A stretch of DNA of 52,434 nucleotides from Phoronis australis. Lineage: Eukaryota; Animalia; Phoronida. The notes under the pieces were generated by a model, which ran no database searches, was not told where the DNA came from, and saw only the letters and a list, made by a program, of their open reading frames with translations. Location of the stretch: NCBI GenBank assembly GCA_002633005.1, contig NMRA01000049.1, forward strand, positions 196,913 through 249,346, written 5' to 3'. Below are positions 38,144-48,414 of this stretch, piece after piece (position 1 is the stretch's first letter; every line of letters starts with the position of its first letter). The position numbers were made by a program, and so were the translations under genes.

Positions 38144-39784
38144 CTAGAAACAAACAAAAGAATAGACTTGTTTATTACCACCCAAATCAACACCAAGTAT
38201 TTATTATTAAAACAACATTAAGGAGAAACAGCGGTGGATGTAAAAACACACAGCAGTCAGTCATTTGTCACCAGTTTCATAGGAACACATCTCTATATTT
38301 CATGAAGATCCTGCCAAGGGTCAGGAGATAAAGCAGTGGATGCCTGACACCAGCCAGACAGAGATGATAGCAATAGGCAACCACATAATTATGTACACAT
38401 GGGCAGCTGCAAGTCACCTCAGTTGTGCCCAAGTTTTAAGACTTGCAGCACCTCATGGCTCTCAATTTTTCTACCTCGCCAAGATCATGCCCAATCTCTT
38501 TACAGAAGGGAAGTTTTGACAGAGAACTTAGAAGAAGCATCAAGAGAGGGATTTGAACATGCAACTTCACAGAAATGTACAAATTGTTACTAACACCAAC
38601 TACTCTACGTCAGTCTGCTTTTAGCTTAGCTCATGTGAAGTCCCACTTGATTATTGAGATCAACCCAGAGTCATAACAAGGTAAAAAGTTGGAGGTCACA
38701 TTACAGTAAACTGGGCACATTTCAATTTACAGGTCAAACGCATAACAATGTCACCAAACTTTTCAGCTCAGACAACAAGCCCTTCCCATTTCAAAACAAT
38801 GTGAGCAATATAGCAATTGTTAGGAAGATCTAGACATAAGGCAAGTCTATTCCTGGACCACGCCTTTGCGTCATTAGCACATAAAAAAGGCCCAAGTACA
38901 TTGCAGCAGTGCGCCTACTGGGCGCATCTTCTGAAACACATCAGTCTTCCAAAAATGCAAGATTTTAGTCAACTTACAGCCAGTGGCAAGAGGAATTACG
39001 TGGAATTTTCGAAAAAGGTAGCCTAGCAGCACACCTTTTATCACCAGGTGCGTCCAAAGGGCACGGGTTCAAACCTGGTCAGGAAAATCCTTGATAAGGT
39101 CTTCCAGGTAAAATTTAAATACTTCAACCTTGAGACTAAACATACTTGACCGTGTAAGTGTCGCTGTTGACCTTTACTTCTTTCCAAAGTCAAACTTGAC
39201 AACAGCCGAACTTCATAGAGTTGCATTGCAGTGGAATTCATTGATAAGACAGCAAACAGGGAAGGGTTCAATGCGCAACTTGTGTCAAACATGCACAAAA
39301 TGTTCTAAGAGCAGTTACATATTCACAGCCAATGCCTCCTGAATATATGGGTTGACATATTTTTTTATAACATCGGTATAGTTGCTGCATAACAACTTCA
39401 TTTTTAAAATCATGTTCCAGTGAGCACAATCAACCATGTAATGTCTAAATGCTGGTTTAATTTGTATGAAGCTCAATAAAATACATTTAACTTTTCTGTT
39501 TTCGTAAATTAAAGTTGTGAGATAAATTTTCCTGCAAATATCAATATTAGGTAGGACAAGCAGAAGAGCACCCAGTTGTGAAGTTAATACCCAAACGCAA
39601 AAGACAAAGGAAAAACAGGGCTCCATGTCTAGCATGCCAATTTTTTTGATCAGGAATGTCTCGCATGCTCAGTGACAACCAATTTCCATTCTCACATTCC
39701 CCCTGTCGACATGGAAATTTCACAAGGTCGTCAAATGAAATCTGAGGTCACATTGACTTTAACCTCCAGATCCTCAAATCTGAG

Positions 39785-39922
39785 ATCGCATCTGAACAAC
39801 TCCAGGTAGCATTGACAACCTCCAGGTCACATTGGCAACTTCCAGGTAGCACTGGCAATCTTCAGGCAGCACTAGCAACAACATCTAGGTGCCCAAACCT
39901 GAGGTCACATTGGCAACCTTCA
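39785..39922. repeat. Diverged tandem repeat, unit about 20 bp
   Basis: ccaggt(ag/ca)cattggcaacct-like units. Confidence 0.6.
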
Positions 39923-40566
39923 GTGGCCGGTTGCATGAAATAGTCCCAAACAGGGACTCATTCAAGGTCCCAAAGTCTTTTTGCATATTTGTGTCTTTAT
40001 GGACTCACAGATGCAATATTTTTCTATCATTTCATCTTTAGTATGAGCTCCTCTTTTTAGGGACCTTTAAACAAAAACTGAACCCAAGAGTTCATTGAAA
40101 ATAAATAGGGACTTAAGTCTTTAAGTTGGGGGTGTTGCATGATAATATTGGCAATTTAACAAGAGTTCACTTTCGATTTGTATCAAGATCAAAAGATAAC
40201 TTAATAATGAAACTAAAACAATACAAGAAATGGCAATCGATGTTTTCACAAGTCCAAAAATACGCATTAGATTTAGGGAACTTAGTTGAGTTCCTAATTG
40301 GGACTGTTTCATCGCACACCAGGCTTCCGATTGGCAACAACGCATCTTGAGTGACAACAGCCCCTGGCAAGCTATAGATATTTTGTCTCAGAAGGATCCC
40401 AAATACAAATATCAATCATTAATGGAACAAATAAAAACTCTGCATCACTCGCCGAGACAACCACCAATTCGACTGCATCAGATAACCTTTTGGGTGCAAA
40501 TGTGCCATGAGTGAATGAAAGAACTCCCGTCATTTGAAGATTCCAATGCGTACGAGGATGAAGAAC

Positions 40567-41552
40567 CAGGCCTTCATGCAGCGTAGGTCTTGGACGCCCT
40601 AGCACTAATGTAGACGCCCTGGCAAGGACGCCCAATGTATCATTTGGACGCCCTGTCAATCAGAATTTCTCCAGTTTGGACACCCACATTGAAAGATTAC
40701 TAAGACTCCCAGTTAATCAAAGTGGGAAAGAAATATACAAAGTATTTAAATGCTGTGGTATTCAAACTATTTAGTAGACCTGTCAATCATTAACACCTGG
40801 TTGGTTGCCAGAGTGTCTACTTTCAATAGACTCACATGCCACTGCCATTCTGTACTTTATATAGGGACATGGACCTTGCTTAACTCCAAACTGGTGTTTC
40901 AGAGCTGTAATTTCATGTACTTCATCTTTTTTAAAAGTACCAAAAGCAAAATAAATGTCATTATTTTAATAATATGATGTGCCGCAAGAATATCCCCATT
41001 TAAAATGTTTGAGTTTTCGCCTGTTTCATGCTTTTCTATGTGCGTCTAAAATGGAGCAGCAGTGACACCTGTTGTCAAAATATAAACCACACATCATCTG
41101 TGCATTTTTTTTGTTGGTAACTGCAGCTTTGATGACTCATTGTACAGAATATAAAGCTAGTGCAGTTGATATAATAAACTTTATAACAGAATTTGACTTG
41201 AGATGACCAAAAAACAGTGCACTCATCGTTCAACCAATATCTGTAATATCTGTAATACCCGTTTGGTAAGCTATTTGGCTGTTTTCGTAAATTTAAACAT
41301 AAAAGTCTTGATCAACAGTTTTTTAGTTAGGGTTAAAAAAGCCCAATACAAGGGAGCTGTTTTTGTAAACTTAGGTGTAAAAGCCTTGTTCAACGCATTT
41401 TTTAATTGTAAAAAACCTCACTGTGTGTGTTGGGGAGGGGGGTAATGCCGCGTTGGAATCATGNGTAATGCGGCGTTGGAATCATGGACACCCTGGAATA
41501 TTGGGAACCCCATTTTGGACACCCTATGTTTGAAATCCTAGATGAAGCCCTG
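40567..41552. mobile_element. Non-autonomous hAT-like DNA transposon (986 bp) in MPC1 intron 2
   Basis: TIR cagg(c/g)cttcat, perfect 8-bp TSD TGAAGAAC (40559-40566 and 41553-41560), and clustered subterminal GGAC(G/A)CCC motifs at both ends. Confidence 0.88.
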
Positions 41553-42320
41553 TGAAGAACCCATACTCCACCAACAGCAGTTCTACGCACTTTGTGCGAT
41601 ACCCAATCAGAGTTCTACAGTACGCCACTCTACTGTCGTCTGACACTACTATACCCCTTCTGGCATTTTTTCAATGACTGAGAACTTTTCATCCACACCT
41701 TAAGATGTCACACAATTATTTATAATCACGCAACTGTTACTTTTGTGAAAGATGCAAGTTCTCAAGTATGCTTAGAACACAACTCCCCTCTTTTGACATT
41801 TTGAACTGATACAGAGTGAAGCAAATGACCATTGTAAAGACATTAATTTGTGAACCAGCTGTGACAGGTCAGGTCAATGACTGGCAAACTAATTTGTTCA
41901 ATGTGTTGAGCTCAATAAGTATATTAAAACTGTCTGGGGGTCACACTTTCCACAGATAAATTCACAGCACTCTCACTTAGATTTAAATTGATCACCAGTA
42001 CAAGAAATATCCAGGGATAGTTTTGTTCACAAATGGTATAATTAGACAGCAGAAAGCACCGTTTTGAAAGCACTGATTAAATAGAGCTAGGAATGAGTTC
42101 CTAAAACTGAGAAAGAAATTCACGCCATATAATTATAAAAGTACAATTTTGAAAATTTGAAAAGTTCATGTCCACAGCTTAAAACGTGAACATAGTGGTC
42201 AAAATTTGAGCAAAGGGCTCAAAGTTTGGGCACAGCCGTGAACAGTGAACAAACTAAAGACCCACCACTTTCAAGACTTTATGTTCAATACATATTTGCC
42301 TCAAGCATGACGTATGGAAC

Positions 42321-42739
42321 CATAGATTACAGACAACAGATTCGCAACTCCCGACATTTTCTTCCGTGCTTTCCAAGAGGCGGTGCCACTCTCCTCAATT
42401 ATCTGGTTCGTTTTCCGGTGAGTGTATTGTGACGGGAAATTCTCGCATCTATTTTACTGTCCAGAACAACGAAAGCAAAATAATAACTTCGACATTGAAA
42501 CTCTGTTCAAAATCTTAAAACAAAAGAACTGTTGGTATCATGAGTACTTTTAGCAATGCTACTACCACCCGACCACACAACAGCCGACCAAGATTAGCAG
42601 ACGACGTACTTGCCGGAAATAACACCAGATAACTGGGTCAGGTGTCGCTAGTGAATAATGACGTAGCGTTATGCGGAAGAGCACAGATTTCATCCATTGA
42701 AAGTATACGGAGTTGGTGGTCCATGTACCAAAGTCTATG
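42321..42739. mobile_element. Non-autonomous TIR element with CATAGA termini (P-element-like)
   Basis: (a)tggaac|catagatt ... agtctatg|(g)tggaac gives a short TIR and a 7-bp direct repeat with one mismatch (or a perfect 5-bp TGGAA if the ends are CCATAG). CpG-rich interior. Confidence 0.55.
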
Positions 42740-43230
42740 GTGGAACGTATAGTACAAATTACTACTTTCTCTTCATGTTATCTAATTCATTTAACAGTAA
42801 AAATGACCGCTAATAACTATTAGGACAGCACACTTATAACTACAGAACGACTTCGCCAGCTCACTAATTTTCCACACGATTCCCCTTCATTCTCGGTCAT
42901 GAGTAGACTGACGGCGAATTTGGCTTGTTCCCAGTCATGTCTGGGTCATTTTGTATGAATACTTTTTACTACTACCGTATCACGACACGCAATACCGGAT
43001 CACTTTGTATGAATGCTTTTGACTAGTCGTCTGTACATTGGAAAAACATAAAAAGTTGATTACTGGGTTGGTTTGACTGCTTCACATCAAAAACTTATTC
43101 AACAATGGTAATGTAGGGTATGATGTCATTGCAGATATCATACCCGCTCTGTGCATTACATTTCAAATTATGGGGGTCTTTACATATTCAGTGTACACAG
43201 TGAACGATGGTGTGTTGAAATGTAACTTAC

Positions 43231-43234
43231 CGTG
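43231..43234 (-). CDS. MPC1: Mitochondrial pyruvate carrier 1, exon 2: 4-nt microexon CACG
   Basis: Minus strand reads ...ttttgtctttgtcttttcat...ttcacatacag|CACG|gtaagtta. It completes AG|C (Ser) + ACG (Thr), restores the conserved S-T-H-F-W, and bridges phase 2 to phase 0. Confidence 0.88.
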
Positions 43235-43413
43235 CTGTATGTGAATTAAAATCCCCGATGGAAGCAGGCACATGAAAAGACAAAGACAAAACATTACAAT
43301 TTATAAACAGAAATCATAAGCCCTTAATGAAATTTTTACAGAGTGTCCAAATATACCATATTTTTTAAAACAGAATTAGATGCATGAAATTCACAACAAT
43401 TTCGAGATTTGTC

Positions 43414-43563
43414 CAGTGGCGGATTAAGGGGGGGAGGGGAAGGGGAGCCATGCCCCCCTAAATTTTCCATTTGGTAGTTCGGGGGTGCAAATGTCCGATG
43501 GGCAAAATCCTGGCTAATACTCTGCTCTGGCTGCCCCCACTCAAAATCCTGGATTCACCCGTG
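43414..43563. mobile_element. MITE with CAGTGGCGGAT-type end and 5-bp TSD TTGTC
   Basis: ttgtc|cagtggcggatt ... ggattcacccgtg|ttgtc, with G/C-run interior. Confidence 0.65.
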
Positions 43564-46360
43564 TTGTCTAACAATAAATAAGATAAAAGCTGACTAGTTT
43601 AGGACACACTATGACTGACAGCGGAAATTTTATACTCTCTGCTTTTCATATAAAGCACATTGCAGCAACATAGTAATTTACCATGTTCAATTTTTCTATT
43701 CCACCACACAATTTTGAAATCTTCTAGGCACTTAAAACAATGTAAGAAGACCTTGAAAAATGAGAAAAGGGTAATTTTGGCAATTATTTTTGTCCGACTT
43801 AGGTGAGATTGTCAGTGTTCGACCGTCAGTGACATCTGGCAGACGTCGCCAATGCTTGAGCAATGGCTGCCTGATGCCTGGTTAAGGTATGTCTTCCCAT
43901 TATTACAAAAGGGCATTGGACCAGCAACTGGGTTATAAATATCTAATAAAACCCAGATCACAGTCACACGCCGGGTGAACTGCTCAGCCAATCCTGTTAC
44001 GAGATTTTTTGTCAGATCAGGATTAGTAGTCATGTATAAAAGATGTGAACTTGGATGCATATCATGCAAAGCGCTACAAAAAATTAGCAAAAGACAGTGT
44101 ACAAAGAAAGAGACAATGACATCAACCAAATATCTGATATCAGCTGGCAATCTGTAGACCAATATCAATATCCACATTTCCCTCTTACAAAAACACAGGG
44201 TCATACTTGCAATAAAGGTGAGCACAATACATTCTTAGCAATGACCAAACTAAAGACCATTGATAAAACCCGGATCCAGTTTTACATGAACGCAGTGTTT
44301 CTTGTCATATTGAACACACGTCTTCACTTCCGTTAGTGGATAACACATGCATTCATTACCTTGAATGATATATAATTATTTAGATTAAAAATTCTCCAGG
44401 CGCTCATTATCAAATTTGAATCCTTAACTATCAAATGTCAAGATACTCCCTTCATTGGTGAATAGACTGCCACAGCACAATACACATTATGAATCATCAC
44501 ACAAAGAAACATTGAAAACATCTGGTCTCAGGTGTCAATATCACTAGTGTTCAGAACCCTCGTTCATCCGAGGGGAAAGGTGCCTGTGCCTTCTGAGAGG
44601 GGAATTTTTTCAGGTGACGGGGAATTCTACCTCCTGATCACCATCAAGAACACACCTCCATCCTGCTGCATGTTCTCATAAGCTCTGCCTCAAGTAGCCA
44701 AAGCTAACGTTTTGTGCTCTTTAAAGTTATCACCTGTGTGGGTACGTAACAAATGATTCGAACATCGAGAAGAAACTTTCAATCACTTGAGAGTAATTTT
44801 TGGGCCTCATGAGGGGGATTTCGTGTGATTTTCAACGTTTTTCAGAGGGAAATACGGATGATATTCAGCCCCAAAATCAAGGGGTAATGACGACCCTGGG
44901 TTGAATCTCCTGAAGCATCATATGATTATCCACCAGTATCTCAGTATCAAAACACAGTGAACACAACTTCTTGTAGGTATTTGTAGCTGTCTTCATTTAC
45001 ATGCATGCCATTCCCAGATGGTTCCATACAGAGTGTACAGTTTGAGCAATTGGGAAGACCAGGCCATAACCATGGTTATGCTGATGAGTCTGCATTACAG
45101 ATTATACACACATAGTGATTAAGTATGCATAATGTCTCCTGGACGATGCACACTACCAGTATCAGACTTATCAGGGAAATATCAGAATACTAGTAGCATT
45201 TATTTAAAGTATTCATATTTTGTGCACAAAGAAATTTGTCCTCAATTTCATGCCTTCCACTTACAGCTTATTTTATCACTTAACCTAGAAATTAATTACA
45301 AGAACAGGCATATCCTTGAGCTTGATATTGGCAAAACCAACTCTTGGTGTAAGCACAACGAACACTCGGTTTTTAGTGGAGATTTCCGATGTTTAACCAT
45401 ACATTTAGTAGCGGAAAATCACCTATCGGCAACTGTCGGATTTTGCAGTAGGCTTATGTTAGAAGCCAGCAACCTGTGATTCTTCGGTTATAAACAACAT
45501 TATTTTAGGAAACCAAAGTTTAAATACATTTAAATACATTTAAACTGACACTAAATTATGTGGAGGGCACACAAATAACATTCGTGGGATTGTTAAAACA
45601 GACCTTCAGCATTGGGCAGCATCCGTGAAAAACCTGAATGTGTACATCACAAAATAGCCTCCTTGAATTTGTGATTTTGGTGTTTTTGACATTTTTGACG
45701 TCAAATAACCACTAGAAAGCAATTTGATGTGATCAAGTAGTGAAAGAAGGTATTCAAATATTTGTTCGATGCTGATTTCACATTCTAGTTCCATGCAGAT
45801 TTGAGTAGAAAATTCTGAGCAAACCGATTTTTAGAGACCAACCTTCATGTTTTATTATGTAGAGAGTGATGATAGTGGTGATCAAGAAATAGGTAAAATC
45901 AAGTGTTTGTACTGTCTGTAGTGTAGCCAGCCAGCTAGCTATATGAAGACTATAGTCAACATATGAGCTAGAGCCTAGAGAGTAGAGGCCAGAGAGCCTA
46001 GACTCTAGGCTAGAGTCTAGGCTAGAGTACGTGATTTTTTCAAACACCAGTAAATAATTCAGTTTACTCACAAAAGAGTGTAGTTTTTAACGACAAAAAT
46101 TTTGTGTCGTATTTTATCTGATCAGTTATTCACCCATATTGGCGCAAAGCTGCTAATTTAGTATTTTACAACTTTGCGCCAAGGTCAAGGATCTATGATT
46201 ATAGCTAGACGTTGGTCGTAGTGTGTAGCAACCGTTCAGGATTCATCATTAGCGCCAAAGGTTTGAATAGTAGTCTGGAACTGGCACACTGACTGCTCTT
46301 TCGTCTGATGATTTATAAGAATTAATAAGCTAGGTTAGACGTCTGAATGGCAAAAATTAC

Positions 46361-46431
46361 CTGCACAAATACTTTAAAAAGTCTTTACTGAAGACGTAAT
46401 TCACCCCACTTCGAACAAATGCCGTTGCCAT
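46361..46431 (-). CDS. MPC1: Mitochondrial pyruvate carrier 1, exon 1 (71 coding nt)
   Basis: gaaaATG GCA...: MATAFVRSGVNYVFSKDFLKYLC + AG|gtaatt, matching the MPC1 N-terminal YxxSKDFxxYLxS pattern. Confidence 0.93.
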
Positions 46432-46526
46432 TTTCCCAGTGCACCAAGCAGAACCACCTGGCGGTAAATTCTCTCACGTAAAAATGCGAGAAAATATGAG
46501 ACTTGTCGAGAAAAAAATTGTGAAAA
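46432..46526. promoter_or_regulatory. Putative bidirectional promoter and 5'-UTR region shared by MPC1 and CSTF2 (95 bp between ATGs)
   Basis: Divergent start codons at 46431 (-) and 46527 (+), no TATA box seen. Transcription starts are inferred, not observed. Confidence 0.75.
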
Positions 46527-46584
46527 ATGGCTTCTACGGCGATCGTGCAAGAATCAAACGACAGAGCTACTCGCTCTGTGTTCG
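46527..46584 (+). CDS. CSTF2: Cleavage stimulation factor subunit 2 (CstF-64), coding exon 1 (58 nt)
   Basis: aaaATGG: MASTAIVQESNDRATRSVF + G|gtaaga. DR..RSVFV is the start of the CstF-64 RRM. Confidence 0.9.
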
Positions 46585-46755
46585 GTAAGATTTTATTTAA
46601 ATTGATCAGATGGCTTTGTATTTTTGCTTAGCATTTCAAATTTTGCTTCGTTGTTGTAAATATTTGTATAGAGTTTCATTGTTTGAAACTAAGAAAAGGT
46701 TGAAAAGTGTCCGGCCTGCCGCGTGTATATGACATTGACAACACAGGCCGCACAG

Positions 46756-47685
46756 TAGGCAATGACCATCGCCTCTGTTGGCCCGAAGCAGAGGCGATGT
46801 AGAGGCTATAGGCGCTCTGTACGCCGGAAGATTTTCGGCGAATTATGCCTCGCACCGACTAAACCATCAAAGTCACGTTGTTATAAATACCTTTTGCGCA
46901 TAGAGGAACACCTTAGGAGGTTGTCGATGTGTTTAAGTCCTTCCAACTCCAACAAATACTCCCGTTATGAAACTTTTTCTTCGATCAGTCCCTATTTCAG
47001 TTCCCAAAATCGTGAAATCAAAATTTTTGTACTGCGCACGCTCCAATTTTTACCGCGCTCGCTAGGTGATGTGACTTCATGACCTCAATTTTTAAATAGG
47101 CCAAAGGTGAGCCATTGCGGTCTTGTCAGTCAAATGTTCGTTTCCAAAATGCCACCACTTATACTTGTCTTTAATTGGCGTTACTTGAAACTGTTTGTAT
47201 TTCAATGAATTATTGTTTGTATTTGATAAAAATAAATGCTGTTGATATGACATTTAATAGTCTTTGTGCACATATTTGACATTTTAATGTTTAACAACAC
47301 GGCAAATGCACGGCTGGTTCCCGGCAGCACGTACGCAAAGGGCGGGAACTTCTGCTTTCAAAGTTCGCCGGTAGGATCGCAACTTCTGACCTTCGGCCTG
47401 GTTAAAAAAAATGAAAATTTTGATTTCACGATTTTGGGAACTGAAATAAGGACTGATCGAAGAAAAAGTTTCATAACGGGAGTATTTGTTGGAGTTGGAA
47501 GGACTTAAACACATTGACAACCTCCTAAGGTGTTCCTCTATGCGCAAAAGGTATTTATAACAACGTGACTTTGATGGTTTAGTCGGTGCGAGGCATAATT
47601 CGCCGAAAAGCTTCCGGCGTACAGAGCGCCTATAGCCTCTACATCGCCTCTGCTTCGGGCCAACAGAGGCGATGGTCATTGCCTA
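46756..47685. mobile_element. Non-autonomous Mutator/foldback-like element (930 bp) with 272-bp TIRs and 9-bp TSD, in CSTF2 intron 1
   Basis: Arms 46756-47027 and 47414-47685 are reverse complements with about 3 mismatches by eye. TSD GCCGCACAG at 46747-46755 and 47686-47694. Confidence 0.9.
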
Positions 47686-47925
47686 GCCGCACAGGCGTCT
47701 TCAGCTGCTGATTGTCCCTAATACAACACAAAATACTACAAGGTATGACACTCCGGACTAGACATTTCATGGGTGCTTCACTTCAGCCGTCCATACAAAA
47801 CACAAAACTCAATAAATTTACACAAAACAGAGGTTCAACAAACCATCGTGAGAAATTGTTCTTTCTCCCATTACCATTTACGGTGTCCTGCTCAACCGAG
47901 TTTGCAAGAAATTCACAGTCAAAAG

Positions 47926-48187
47926 ACAAAAATCTTCCCAAAAAGCCCGTCTGGAGCAACTCCCGTGTCCCACGTGAAGGTCAAGGACAATACGGAATTA
48001 TCTGATCAGTTACGGATGGTTACGAAATGGTCTGGCTAATAAGTGTGGAGCTATCGATGTCGGGGTATTCCGTGACAAATCGGTAATTGCCATTCATCGA
48101 TAAGTCATCGAATAATTCCGTACCGTCCTTGACCTTCGCGTGGGACATGGGAGTTGTTCCGGACGGGCTTTTTGGGAAGATTTTTGT
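47926..48187. repeat. Inverted repeat with arms of about 75 bp (MITE-like)
   Basis: acaaaaatcttcccaaaaagcccgtc...cggaattat versus ataattccgt...gacgggctttttgggaagatttttgt. No TSD found. Confidence 0.8.
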
Positions 48188-48284
48188 GCATTTATGATAC
48201 ATTACCTCCTGGCGCGACCTGTGTAAAATTGGCCAGTTGCCAGTTTGGGCAATTGAACATAGGACTGTTTGAAAAAAGGTTGAT

Positions 48285-48414
48285 TGCGGGAGTATTTGTT
48301 CGAGCTGGGAAGCAGTAAAGACATCAACGGCTTCCTGAAGTAAAATGTCTCTTATAGCAACGTGACTATGATGGTTTGATCAGCATGAGGCATAATTCTC
48401 TGAAAAGCTTCCGG
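48285..48414. repeat. Older diverged partial copy of the 272-bp TIR family
   Basis: gcgggagtatttgtt...aacgtgactatgatggttt...gaggcataattc...aaaagcttccgg parallels 47477-47617. Confidence 0.7.

Noticed and set aside
39925-40324. Possible Harbinger-like MITE with GGGACT subrepeats
   Set aside because: Inverted ends are gapped and no TSD could be read, so it is too weak to call.
43812-44336. 137-aa and overlapping ORFs in MPC1 intron 1
   Set aside because: Non-ATG starts and no recognisable motifs; consistent with chance.
46762-47679. Two convergent ORFs (106 and 131 aa) with near-identical N-termini
   Set aside because: They are translations of the two arms of the 272-bp inverted repeat.
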